DNA of 64,000 nt from Methanobacteriota archaeon (GTDB lineage Archaea > Thermoplasmatota > Thermoplasmata > SG8-5 > JAGLSY01), in NCBI GenBank assembly GCA_020697715.1, contig JAEHCO010000002.1, forward strand, positions 160,001-224,000, given 5' to 3'. A program made the position numbers and the translations under genes. Shown piece after piece: positions 45,550-55,293 of the stretch; position 1 is the first letter of the stretch, and each line of letters opens with the position of its first letter. Under the pieces are notes generated by a model that worked only from the letters and a program-made list of their open reading frames with translations, was not told the origin of the DNA and did not search any database.

Positions 45550-46278
45550 TTATTTGAATCTTATGGTTTCAACATTGAATTCCTTATCTTTGCCAAGAAT
45601 TGTCGGAATGAGCTTGCCCGCATCCTTGATCGCCATTTTCTTGTACTTGCCAGCCAGTGTCTTCATATGAGCTTCCATTCCATCACCGATGACAGCGGCC
45701 GTGAATTCGGCCGCTGTCCCACTCGGATCAATGACAAATAGCCTCGGATGATCGAAGTTAGTGGCAACTAGAAGCCCCACACCCAGTGGTCTTACATCCT
45801 TTTTTATCGTGTGCGACCAATATATTTCCTTTATTGTGTAAAGCATGTCATCCACATTCTTGAAATCCTTGTTCCGAAGCTGATTCAATATCATGGATCC
45901 GTCCATTGCCAGTCCTGCAGTTCCTATCAGGATCTTATTGGATATTCTGTGGATCTTTATCGGGGACATCATTAGCGAATTGCCAGCCTTGGCAGATATG
46001 TCCTCAGATGCCATTAAGATACCATCTGTGCATATTATTCCCATGACACTGGCTCCACGCTTCACACTTTCGCGGGCATATTCGATCTGATGGATGCGAC
46101 CTTCGGGTGAGAAGAAATTGTCGGTGTCATAGCCCTTGGATATCGGGCCTATGGTGTTCAGGAATTGAACTATCGCCGCTCTGGCCAACTCTGCCTTATT
46201 TCCGAACATCCCACTCTTTATCACCATGTCCAGATAGTTATCTACCTCATCTGGAATTACGACCCTTAATTCTGACAT
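45550..46278 (-). CDS. ribbon-helix-helix domain fused to a proteasome alpha-subunit paralog
   Basis: MSELRVVIPDEVDNYLD..GMFGNKAELARAAIVQFL, then GYD..FSPEGRIHQIEYARESVKRG, AGLAMDG, RPLGVGLL, DPSG. GGAGG SD before ATG 46278. Confidence 0.85.
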   Translation of the reverse strand: MSELRVVIPDEVDNYLDMVIKSGMFGNKAELARAAIVQFLNTIGPISKGYDTDNFFSPEGRIHQIEYARESVKRGASVMGIICTDGILMASEDISAKAGNSLMMSPIKIHRISNKILIGTAGLAMDGSMILNQLRNKDFKNVDDMLYTIKEIYWSHTIKKDVRPLGVGLLVATNFDHPRLFVIDPSGTAAEFTAAVIGDGMEAHMKTLAGKYKKMAIKDAGKLIPTILGKDKEFNVETIRFK

Positions 46279-46307
46279 TTTGATTTCCTCCATTACATTT
46301 CGGGAAT

Positions 46308-46338
46308 TTGAATGTTCGAACTGATTTCAAACATTCAA
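46308..46338. promoter_or_regulatory. 13-bp inverted repeat upstream of the RHH-proteasome gene
   Basis: TTGAATGTTCGAA-CTGAT-TTCAAACATTCAA (1 mismatch). Confidence 0.55.
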
Positions 46339-46498
46339 CATCTGCTTTGTTGATTTGCATGAATTATCCGCCAAAACGGACTTTTCAAGTATAATAGGTG
46401 TATGTTCAACGTATTATTTAAGAATTATGCTAAATAATTGTATATTTGGGATTATCAAATAGCTGAATATTGAGGCTCTGTTTGACCAATAAGGATAC

Positions 46499-47818
46499 TC
46501 AGTTCTTTCCAAGCATCTTCTGTATGTTCTTGATGCGTGCATCTTCCTTCTTGACCACATACCAATCCAGAGCATCTATCAGGACATCCTCCGCTTTGGC
46601 CATATCACCCTTCTTGTGATACATCTTCCCCATCTCCTCGCGAGTTATGGCCAAGTAGTCCGGTGAGTTCTCATTGATAACAAAATCTATGCTCTTCTGG
46701 AAATGCATCTCGCTCTCTTGATAGTTCTCGACAGCGGAATAATGCTTACCATACATGCAATGGAGCTTTGAGTGAGCGATAGGATCATTGAAGTTTGCCA
46801 GTATCTTGGACGCTCTGTCCAGATGAGGCAGAGCATCTTCCGCCCTTCTATTCTCGATAAGGGCGCTTGCCAGGTTTGTCATTGTCCAGCCTTCCATTCT
46901 GAGGGATCCGCCTTCTCTGCAATATTTTATGCCTTTCTCGTATCCGTCTATGGCCTTGCTGAAATTCCCCATTTCCTCGTATACTCTGGCCATATTGTTA
47001 TATGTGAGCCCAATGCCAGAATGATCTTCCAATGAAGTGTAAAGTTCGATAGCTTTTTTATTGTGATATATGGACATCTCCATATTCAGGAGATCGAGGC
47101 AAGTATTGCCCAGGCCAGTATGTATCCTGGCCATCGCGCGGTCCTTCTTCTTTTTATCATTCTTTGATGCTGTCGATATTGAAGTAATGACCTTGATAGC
47201 CTCCATATAATGATCCAGAGATGTGCTGTGTTCCCCTTCGCGCCATGATATGATGCCCAGACCATTCCATGCCAGAGCTTTGTCGTAAAGACCATTACTA
47301 CCCAGCTTCATATCGATGACATCATTGTATAGGCTTCGAGCTTCTTCTCTCCCTTCCTTATTGTTTGTAAGGGCTCTTGCCAGCTTCCTTGTTATCATGG
47401 CTTTCAATATCTTATCATCAATATGATTTTTATCATATATTACAAGAGCTTCTCTATAAGCTTCAATGGACTCATCTATCTTTCCAATTTGGATCTTGGC
47501 GGCTCCGATAGTTATCTGAGCCTTGATAGAATCTCTCGGGTCATCTTGTTGTTTCTCAACAGCATTATTGACCATGTCCAGGGCATTTTTATATTGGAGG
47601 ATACCCTTTTTGATGTCATCTGCTTTTTTATCTCCGGTGAAGCTCTTTATAGCCCAATGGATCTGATTTGAAAGCTGCGGCAAGCAATCTGTGTTGATCA
47701 TATCCGGGTCAATGTTCAAATGCTGGCACTGCTTCTGTAAAATGAATTTACCTGTAAATCCTACTTCCCTCTCAAGCAGAGTTTCTAGCTCATCCCTCAA
47801 TTCTAGATTATTGATCAC
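46499..47818 (-). CDS. TPR-repeat protein with small N-terminal helical domain
   Basis: N-term GFTGKFILQKQC; TPRs such as ALAWNGLG, TYNNMARVY, TMTNLA. Confidence 0.85.
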   Translation of the reverse strand: MINNLELRDELETLLEREVGFTGKFILQKQCQHLNIDPDMINTDCLPQLSNQIHWAIKSFTGDKKADDIKKGILQYKNALDMVNNAVEKQQDDPRDSIKAQITIGAAKIQIGKIDESIEAYREALVIYDKNHIDDKILKAMITRKLARALTNNKEGREEARSLYNDVIDMKLGSNGLYDKALAWNGLGIISWREGEHSTSLDHYMEAIKVITSISTASKNDKKKKDRAMARIHTGLGNTCLDLLNMEMSIYHNKKAIELYTSLEDHSGIGLTYNNMARVYEEMGNFSKAIDGYEKGIKYCREGGSLRMEGWTMTNLASALIENRRAEDALPHLDRASKILANFNDPIAHSKLHCMYGKHYSAVENYQESEMHFQKSIDFVINENSPDYLAITREEMGKMYHKKGDMAKAEDVLIDALDWYVVKKEDARIKNIQKMLGKN

Positions 47819-47988
47819 ATCATCCCCGTGGATTATTGTATGTTTAGCCCGAAGAGGATGTTATATAAAATAATGATGATGGCAAATATTAAAATGTTAA
47901 TTGAGAAAGAGATAATTGATGACTATGAGCATTAATGGGATGTCAGCCTATGGAGACGATCTATATTGATCGGATATGGTTATATTCT

Positions 47989-49335
47989 TCATGGTTTCAG
48001 GATCGAAATGCCCAATGGGACATATTGGCTATTATGTATCAGCAGGCCTATCTTCTTTATATTATCTTTATCATCATTCTTCTCATACCATGTCAATGCA
48101 GAATTCAATAGTGGCGTGGCCTTCTCAGATTCCCCGATAATATGATAAAGCGTACCCAGCCCCTCCTGGACCCTTGCCAGACATTCGGGTGAATCCACAT
48201 TGATCATACTCTCCAAACTGGCCTTGAAATGTGTCTCACTGTTCTCCCATTCTCTTAGCTTCTGGTAATATTCACCGTACATGTAATGAAGCCTGGATTG
48301 CGCCTCACAATCATTGAATTTAGAAAGGATCCTTGATGCTCTTGATAGATATTCTTCTGCTTGATCGAACTTGCCTTCATTGATCAGTAGGCTAGCAAGA
48401 TTGATGAGTGTCCAGCCTTCTGTAAGTAATGAACCGCCTTCTTTCGTATTCGAAAGCACTTGCTTATACCCCTCGACCGCCTTCTCATAATCTCTCTTCT
48501 GTTCATATATCTGTGCCATTTTGTCATATAGTTCTCCGACCCTGACATAATTCTCCAATTGAAGATTGAGGTCTATTGCAGATTCGGTCAGGTCTATGGC
48601 AATGTCTACTTCGTTCATGCTCTTGTAAATATCAGCGAGACCTGAGTTTATTATACACTTCACCTTCATTTTTTTGATTCTGTCCAGTTTTGTCTGCTCC
48701 TTCATATTCTCAATTGTGCTTAATGCCTTTTCATAATATTCCAGAGAAAGATGTTCATCGCTGTCTTTGAATGCGATCCACCCAAGACCGCAGTAGGACA
48801 GAGCGGTATCGTAATAATTTCTATGTCTTTTGCCTATCGTGATGACCCCATAATACTCTTTGATCGCCATTTCATGACCCTCGGTCTTTGTGCCGAGCAC
48901 TCTGGCCAATTTTCTTTTTATTTTCATTTTCATCCTTCTGTTTCCAGAATATTGACTGTCCTGAAATAGATCATAAGCATCCCTGTATGCATCCTCGGAA
49001 GCATCATACCTCCGTAGTACCAATCGTTTATCTCCTACTGTGAGAAAGGCATTGATGCAGTCCATGGTCTCACTTGTTTCATCATCCAGGGTTTCCAAGG
49101 CTTTGGAATATTCCAATAAGTTCCTGAATACCAATTTTGATTTTCGATCACCTATGAAGCCACTTATCGCAGTCTTGAGATTCCTGGATAGTTCTCGAAG
49201 GTCTTTTATTTCGATATCTTCCTCAGCACCAATGCCTAAGATATCGCACTGCTTCTGCAATATGAACTTGCCACAGAAACCTATTTCCATCTCGAGCATG
49301 GTGATTAATTCATCCTTAAGATGTGATACATTCAA
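47989..49335 (-). CDS. TPR-repeat protein, tandem paralog
   Basis: N-term GFCGKFILQKQC; colinear with 46499..47818. Confidence 0.85.
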   Translation of the reverse strand: MNVSHLKDELITMLEMEIGFCGKFILQKQCDILGIGAEEDIEIKDLRELSRNLKTAISGFIGDRKSKLVFRNLLEYSKALETLDDETSETMDCINAFLTVGDKRLVLRRYDASEDAYRDAYDLFQDSQYSGNRRMKMKIKRKLARVLGTKTEGHEMAIKEYYGVITIGKRHRNYYDTALSYCGLGWIAFKDSDEHLSLEYYEKALSTIENMKEQTKLDRIKKMKVKCIINSGLADIYKSMNEVDIAIDLTESAIDLNLQLENYVRVGELYDKMAQIYEQKRDYEKAVEGYKQVLSNTKEGGSLLTEGWTLINLASLLINEGKFDQAEEYLSRASRILSKFNDCEAQSRLHYMYGEYYQKLREWENSETHFKASLESMINVDSPECLARVQEGLGTLYHIIGESEKATPLLNSALTWYEKNDDKDNIKKIGLLIHNSQYVPLGISILKP

Positions 49336-49469
49336 ACCTTATTTCCCCCTATAATTAACACAGTTGAAATTAAGATATAAATAGCTTATTATGCCATTTG
49401 CTATTATGTGAATTTAATAACTATGTTTTGAACAATAAATCATATGATTTTGTTTTGCTATCATCGAGT

Positions 49470-51233
49470 TCAATAATCATCACCGATGGCCTCGGGATCG
49501 ACTATCTCAACATCCTTTCTGATGGCTTCATCTTCGAATCCAAGGTCCTGAAGTACATGCCATGCCAGTCTCCTGCCAGCGACATCTTCGGATATGATTA
49601 TATCATTTGCAAATTCACTCAAGGCATCCCTGTCCCTGTCATTGTATGCCCTTGCAACGATATACGCATTCTTATTGTGTTTATGGACCAGCTGTATCGC
49701 GGTCTCCGCATCCATCATATCGGATAGTGCCACAATTACAAGGTCAACTTGCATGACCCCGGCAAGCAATAACACTTCTTCATTGGATGCATCACCAATT
49801 ATGTGTTCGATATTTTGCTCTGCCATAATGTGGGCTTTCCTTGGGCTGAAATCCACTACGAGGAAGTTCTTATTTGCCATCTGTAGACATCTCACTGTGT
49901 CCAGTGCGACCTCTGCGAAACCAAGTATTAGGATATCTGGTTCTCTGTGAATGTGCTTGGGTAGACCGGGGTCATCATCCACAAATGTGGCATCTTCCTT
50001 ATGCCGGGGTAGGAAAAATCGATTGTATATCTTTGGAGAGAGTGACATCGCATAGGGTGTGAAGACCATGCTTATCAGGGCGGTCATCAAGATAACTGAA
50101 TAGTATTCATCACGCAGTATGCCAGCTGTGAATCCCAGGGTTGCTATGATAAAAGAGAATTCGCCTATCTGCATCATGCTCATGCCCACGTTCAGGGAGG
50201 TCTTTGGATGGTATCCCAAGATCCTGGTGGTCATTGTATTGGCAAATCCTTTGCCAATAAAAAGCACTGACAAGACCATGACTATGGATGATATCAATGG
50301 TACGGGGTCTGTCAATAATAGGGACAGATCTATCGCCATACCTGCGGAAACAAAGAAGATTATCAGAAAAATATCCTTTAATGGTCTGATCTGATTCACT
50401 ATGTCAAGATTATGCTCTGATTCTGAAAGTATCATGCCTGCGAGGAAGGCTCCAAGAGCAAGAGAAAGCCCGAAGAACTCGGATATTACTGCGGTGATTA
50501 TACAGAAGCCAAATATTGTCAAAAGAAATAGCTCCTTTGACCTGGTTTTGCTTACCAGATCTATCAGCCGCGGGAAGGTCTTTCTCCCAACTATGAGCAT
50601 GGCAGTAAGGAATATCACACCAATGGCAACAGGTATCAAAGCTTCAAAGCCAAATGTGTCCTCGACCAATATCGAAGTTACAAGTGTGATGACGATTATT
50701 GCTCCGATATCCTCTACCACGAGACGACCGACCAATAGTCTCCCGTGTTCGGTCTCCGTTTGTCCTCTCTCGGCTAGCATCTTTATGATGATTATCGTAC
50801 TGCTGATCATCAATACAGCTCCCAGAAGGATCGCCTCCATGGATGACCATCCCATCAAAAGACCTGCTATGATCCCGAGCACCAGCATGAATACCATTTC
50901 TACAGTTCCACTTATCGCGGATACGCCTATGATCTTTCCAACTCTTTTAGATGAGAATTCCAGTCCCACAGCAAAGAGAAGTAATGATACGCCTAGGTTG
51001 GCAAGAGCCCCTATCTCTCCGATATCGGTTATGAGACCAAATCGAGATCCTTCAATATCTCCGGTCATTATAGCACGCATCAGACCAACACCTGGGCCGA
51101 TAGCGATACCTGCAAAAAGATATCCCAATATAGGTGGCTGGCCAAGTAGCTTATGAGCTATGAATCCAAATACAAGTGCTGCGAACATTATGATTGCAAT
51201 GTCCTTTAACAAGGTGAGTGCTTCTAGTTCCAT
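49470..51233 (-). CDS. CPA2 (Kef-type) cation:proton antiporter with TrkA-N domain
   Basis: LLLFAVGLEFS, ISST, LVVEDI, ALGAFLAG, QIGEFSF, C-terminal GDA..RA domain. Confidence 0.93.
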   Translation of the reverse strand: MELEALTLLKDIAIIMFAALVFGFIAHKLLGQPPILGYLFAGIAIGPGVGLMRAIMTGDIEGSRFGLITDIGEIGALANLGVSLLLFAVGLEFSSKRVGKIIGVSAISGTVEMVFMLVLGIIAGLLMGWSSMEAILLGAVLMISSTIIIIKMLAERGQTETEHGRLLVGRLVVEDIGAIIVITLVTSILVEDTFGFEALIPVAIGVIFLTAMLIVGRKTFPRLIDLVSKTRSKELFLLTIFGFCIITAVISEFFGLSLALGAFLAGMILSESEHNLDIVNQIRPLKDIFLIIFFVSAGMAIDLSLLLTDPVPLISSIVMVLSVLFIGKGFANTMTTRILGYHPKTSLNVGMSMMQIGEFSFIIATLGFTAGILRDEYYSVILMTALISMVFTPYAMSLSPKIYNRFFLPRHKEDATFVDDDPGLPKHIHREPDILILGFAEVALDTVRCLQMANKNFLVVDFSPRKAHIMAEQNIEHIIGDASNEEVLLLAGVMQVDLVIVALSDMMDAETAIQLVHKHNKNAYIVARAYNDRDRDALSEFANDIIISEDVAGRRLAWHVLQDLGFEDEAIRKDVEIVDPEAIGDDY

Positions 51234-51414
51234 CCCGATGCCCTACCTAGGGTTGTGATCGTGAGATCATCATGGTAGGGTAATGATTCTGAATATTTAA
51301 TATATACTATGAGAAATTTAATTGTGGCACATCGTCACTATTGATGAAATATCCATAATTAGACCTGCAATATCAACCAATAATTTTATATTCACATAGT
51401 TCCAATGTCCTATT

Positions 51415-51930
51415 ATGAAAAATATTACTGAATTGATCCGCAATGTACCAGATTTTCCGATACCAGGCATAATGTTCAAGGACATTACACCGGTACTCAA
51501 TGACCCAGTTGCCTTTGATGCTATTATCAATGAATTGGCTGATAGGAACAAGGACAAGGGAATAGAAGGCATTGTCGGGATAGAGAGCAGAGGATTTATT
51601 CTGGGGGCTCCATTGGCACTGAAGATGGGAATTCCTTTCATACTTATCAGAAAGGAAGGAAAACTTCCATATCACAAGGAGAAAGCCAGTTATGATCTTG
51701 AATATGGCCAGGCCACTATCGAGATCCACAAGGATTCTATCAAACCCGGACAGAAAATTATGATCGTGGATGATCTTCTGGCCACAGGAGGAACTGCGGT
51801 CGCTTCCATAGACCTGGTGGAAAGAGTTGGCGGGGACGTTGTGAATTGCTCATTCGCGATCGAACTGTCCGCCCTGGGCGGAAGGGCCAAGCTGCCTGAT
51901 GGAAAAACAGACAGCCTTATCAAATATTGA
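51415..51930 (+). CDS. apt: adenine phosphoribosyltransferase
   Basis: PDFPIPGIMFKDIT, ESRGF, RKEGKLP, YDLEYG, VDDLLATGGT. Confidence 0.96.
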   Translation: MKNITELIRNVPDFPIPGIMFKDITPVLNDPVAFDAIINELADRNKDKGIEGIVGIESRGFILGAPLALKMGIPFILIRKEGKLPYHKEKASYDLEYGQATIEIHKDSIKPGQKIMIVDDLLATGGTAVASIDLVERVGGDVVNCSFAIELSALGGRAKLPDGKTDSLIKY

Positions 51931-51948
51931 TCCCCTGGGAGAAGATAT

Positions 51949-52512
51949 ATGGAACTTCTTGAACAGGAGATAAGGAAAGCTCCAATTGCCCGATTCGGAG
52001 ATTATGAGTATTTTATTTCTCCAATATCTGATGGCATACCTCATATCACCCCTGAATTGCTCGAGGAAGTGACCGGGGAGATCATCCAGATAGGCGATCT
52101 CAATTGCGATAAAATAGTCACGATCGAAGCAATGGGGATACATCTGGCAACAGCACTTTCTCTAAGAACAAGACTTCCCTTCAATGTCATCAGAAAGAGA
52201 AAGTATGGTCTGGAGGGTGAGATAGAGTTCCAACAGAGAACAGGATATTCCAAACAAGCCATGTATGTAAATGGCCTGGAAAAGGGCGACAGGGTCGTTA
52301 TGATCGATGATGTCATAAGTACTGGAGGAACACTCCGAGGAATTATCCCCGTTCTCAAAAATGCAGGGGTCGAGATCGTTGATATCATCATCGTTATCAA
52401 TAAAGGGAATGGTAAGGCCGAGATCGAAGAGGAATTTGGCATAAATATCAAGACATTGGTGGATGTCAATATCATCAATGGAAGGATAGAGGTTATGGGT
52501 AGTCGAAATTAG
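51949..52512 (+). CDS. hpt: archaeal hypoxanthine/guanine phosphoribosyltransferase
   Basis: YEYFISPISDG, EAMGI, IRKRKYGL, TGYSK, IDDVISTGGT. Confidence 0.9.
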   Translation: MELLEQEIRKAPIARFGDYEYFISPISDGIPHITPELLEEVTGEIIQIGDLNCDKIVTIEAMGIHLATALSLRTRLPFNVIRKRKYGLEGEIEFQQRTGYSKQAMYVNGLEKGDRVVMIDDVISTGGTLRGIIPVLKNAGVEIVDIIIVINKGNGKAEIEEEFGINIKTLVDVNIINGRIEVMGSRN

Positions 52513-52663
52513 GGCAGTTGGGGTAATTTCCCCCTCCGCATGCAAATGACTCCAATATTATGGTGATTTTCACCCATAAATTGAACCAATTCTGCGAAAG
52601 GCTTATATTCTTGTGCCAATATAAGATGAGAATATCTAATAGATCTTACTGGAGTGAGTTGAT

Positions 52664-53542
52664 TTGGAGCTAGCAGAGGAATTGGTCGATAAGAGAGAAC
52701 AATGCAATATCGATGCAGAGGCGCATAAAGCGGCAAGGAACCGCTTAAATGACCAGACCAAACATTGGGTCGAAGAGAGGGATAAATACAATGCCCTGAC
52801 CCGAGAGCTTATAGAAGAGGCAAATCAACACAGGACCAATAGAGACGATCTGAATGTCGAGGTCAAGGCCGCGAAGGTGGACCGAGATGTCTGGAATAAG
52901 AAGGTCAATGAATATGCGGAGAAGCTGGCAAAGAAGAAAAGAGAGAAAATGCCAAGGAAAGGGCCTTCCATATCCATGCTAAAGAAGAAGCTGAGAGCTC
53001 TGGAATTCCAGCAGATGACCAGTGTTTTGACCTCAGATAAAGAAAAAACTCTGATCGAAGCTATGTCTGTCGTTATGAAGGAGATCAAGGATCTGGAAGA
53101 TTCCATTGAAGAGGATGAAGAAGTAGTGACCCTCTTGAATGAATCAAAAGAAGCAAGAGATAAGGCCGAGCATTATCACAAGCTCGTCGGAGAACTTGCT
53201 GAAAGCGCCCAGAGAGAGCATGACAGTATGATGGCAATTTATGAGAAATCCGATGCTCTGCGCAAGAAGGCTGACAAGGCACAGGAAGAATTCATCAAGA
53301 CAAAGATGTTGGCTGATGAAGAACACAGGCTTCATATAGAATTCATACGCCAGGTTCATGATTATGATAAGATAGTCACTGGAATAAAACAGAAAGAAGG
53401 TGGCGAAGAAGAAAGTGGCGGCGGATTCTACTCGATCAAGGATGCCAAAGTGGCAGCTGGAGAGATCTACGAGAGGTTCAAGAAGGGTGAGAAGCTCAGC
53501 ACAGAGGATCTCATGCTACTTCAGCAATCTGGCTATTTGTAA
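52664..53542 (+). CDS. conserved archaeal coiled-coil protein (COG1340-like)
   Basis: Long heptads, LEFQQMTSVLT..E, ADEEH, C-terminal FKKGEKLSTEDLMLLQ. Confidence 0.85.
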   Translation: MELAEELVDKREQCNIDAEAHKAARNRLNDQTKHWVEERDKYNALTRELIEEANQHRTNRDDLNVEVKAAKVDRDVWNKKVNEYAEKLAKKKREKMPRKGPSISMLKKKLRALEFQQMTSVLTSDKEKTLIEAMSVVMKEIKDLEDSIEEDEEVVTLLNESKEARDKAEHYHKLVGELAESAQREHDSMMAIYEKSDALRKKADKAQEEFIKTKMLADEEHRLHIEFIRQVHDYDKIVTGIKQKEGGEEESGGGFYSIKDAKVAAGEIYERFKKGEKLSTEDLMLLQQSGYL

Positions 53543-53627
53543 ATTATCACCTAAACGATTTTAGATAATTGCCCGAACAATGATAATGCAGAGCATATTC
53601 TCAGCAATGTATATTCGGATCCATGTG

Positions 53628-53818
53628 AGCATGCCCCGTCTGGATAATTTATATAATATTCATTAGGGCGGGGTACTCTCAGTTGTATGCTAACGAGTGA
53701 CAGTTGCGATGTGCCAGCAGAGAAATAAACTCCTCGCTTTCAAATGCGAGGAGTCAAATCAATCCCCGCCAAGAGTTCAACGAAGGGCGGGGTCTTTATC
53801 CATACCAGTTTAACAAAC
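53628..53818. repeat. structured dispersed repeat, copy 1 (three hairpins; possible non-autonomous IS200/IS605-derived element)
   Basis: Colinear similarity to 54911-55090; hairpin ACTCCTCGC-N8-GCGAGGAGT followed by CAA. Confidence 0.75.
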
Positions 53819-53947
53819 GGACACTACACACTGTCGCACACAGCTTAACAAACAAACCTAAAATGCCTGGGCCTGCTTAACAAATGAACCCAATACACCA
53901 TCAAAACACCATAAAACACAAGCTATCCAAATAGAATATATGAAAAG

Positions 53948-54073
53948 TGGCTGACAGCGTTCTGCGGTTCCCGTGGACTCTCGTACCACAGTACAGCGCA
54001 GAACGCAGGTGGGCTTAACTTCTGGGTTCGGAATGAGACCAGGTGTGGCCCCACCGCTTTGACCGTCAATCCA
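53948..54073 (-). rRNA. rrf: 5S rRNA (unlinked)
   Basis: Minus strand TGGATTGACGGTCAAAGCGGTGGGGCCACACCTGGTCTCATTCCGAACCCAGAAGTTAAGCCC..GCTGTCAGCCA with terminal helix; TTATATAG TATA-like box 20-27 bp upstream. Confidence 0.95.
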
Positions 54074-54278
54074 AGCCATGCATAACGCTTTTCTATATAA
54101 AGATTCCCCATTAACCGTACCGAATCAAACTCATTACCTGCATCAATCAAATACAGATTTGATAAAATAAATGCGCAGGTTCTATGGATTAAGTCGCATT
54201 TAAAACCCTTATCCTAAAATATAGGCCATCTGTTTTGTAAGTCCATAATAATTTATACATCAGACCCAATGAACTATC

Positions 54279-54872
54279 ATGACCCACGATCACTCTCATG
54301 GCGACAAGAAATTCGATCCAGCCGGAAAGAAAAGGCTGGATGACCCAGGCCGTAAGTTGATAATGGACCCGGATAAGATATTGCCGCAGCTGGACATATT
54401 GAAAGGCCAGCTGGTCGCGGACATTGGTGCCGGGACTGGTTATTTCTCAGTCCCGTTCGCTGATTTTGTCGGTCCCAGTGGAAAAGTATATGCGATCGAT
54501 ATCAGCCAGAGTATGCTGGATTCTCTACTGGAAAAAGCAGAGGCCAGGGGCATACGGAACATTGTCCCTGTGCTTTCAGAGGAGGACACAATTCCGATAG
54601 ATGACGGAATTGTGGATATGGCCTTCATGTCCATGGTGCTTCACGAGCTGGACGGTGACGGCACACTTCAGGAGGTGCGCCGGATATTGAGGCCCGGCGG
54701 AAGACTGGCCGTACTGGATTGGAGGAAAAAAGAAACAGAGGACGGTCCTCCATTGTGGCATCGGCTCAGCCAGGAAGAAGCGATTGAAAAATGCGAGAAA
54801 GCCGGCTTTGCTTTCTCAAAAATATTCGATACAAGCCCGGGTATGTATGGGCTTGTCTTTGGGAAGAAATGA
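54279..54872 (+). CDS. class I SAM-dependent methyltransferase (UbiE-like)
   Basis: VADIGAGTGYF, YAIDIS, VLHE, LRPGGRLAVLDW, GPP. Confidence 0.9.
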   Translation: MTHDHSHGDKKFDPAGKKRLDDPGRKLIMDPDKILPQLDILKGQLVADIGAGTGYFSVPFADFVGPSGKVYAIDISQSMLDSLLEKAEARGIRNIVPVLSEEDTIPIDDGIVDMAFMSMVLHELDGDGTLQEVRRILRPGGRLAVLDWRKKETEDGPPLWHRLSQEEAIEKCEKAGFAFSKIFDTSPGMYGLVFGKK

Positions 54873-54910
54873 GTTACATCAAGATTTGTTAGCAGAGCAT
54901 TTTGTATTCA

Positions 54911-55090
54911 AGCATGCCCCGTCCCGAGAGACGCAGGGTCGGGGTACTCTCAGTGATGTGCCAGTGAGTGACAGTTACGATGTACTAGCAAAAAAATTAA
55001 CTGCTCGCTTTAAAATAGCGAGCAGTCAAATCAAACCCCGCCCCGATTAAAGCAGGGGCGGAGTCCTTATCCTCACCCAGCTCAACAAAC
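54911..55090. repeat. structured dispersed repeat, copy 2
   Basis: AGCATGCCCCGTC..CGGGGTACTCTCAGT..GAGTGACAGTT..ACTGCTCGC-N9-GCGAGCAGTCAAATCAA..CCCCGCC..GGGCGG..AACAAAC. Confidence 0.75.
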
Positions 55091-55105
55091 TATTTTCTCA
55101 GTAAT

Positions 55106-55293
55106 TTATATGAGCTTTCCCCAGGAATGCTCAACATTACATCCCTGATACACCCCCACTTTTTTCTTTACCTTCGCTGTGCTGGCTTACCCTCCAAAGA
55201 AAAAAGACGGACAAAATAAGAAACTCGGGTAAGCCTGCTCGCTCAGGATTTGCTTATATGAGCTTTCCCCAGGAATGCTCAACATTACATCCC
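55106..55293. repeat. exact 40-bp direct repeat duplicating the 3' end of the adjacent gene
   Basis: TTATATGAGCTTTCCCCAGGAATGCTCAACATTACATCCC at 55106-55145 and 55254-55293. Confidence 0.9.

Noticed and set aside
45550-46293. Calling this gene the canonical psmA
   Set aside because: Extra N-terminal RHH domain and a shortened, divergent alpha body indicate a paralog
53858-54150. ORFs 53858..54079 and 53923..54150
   Set aside because: They overlap the 5S rRNA gene and are spurious
54784-55050. 88-aa ORF across repeat copy 2
   Set aside because: Overlaps the methyltransferase end and the structured repeat; no protein-like features
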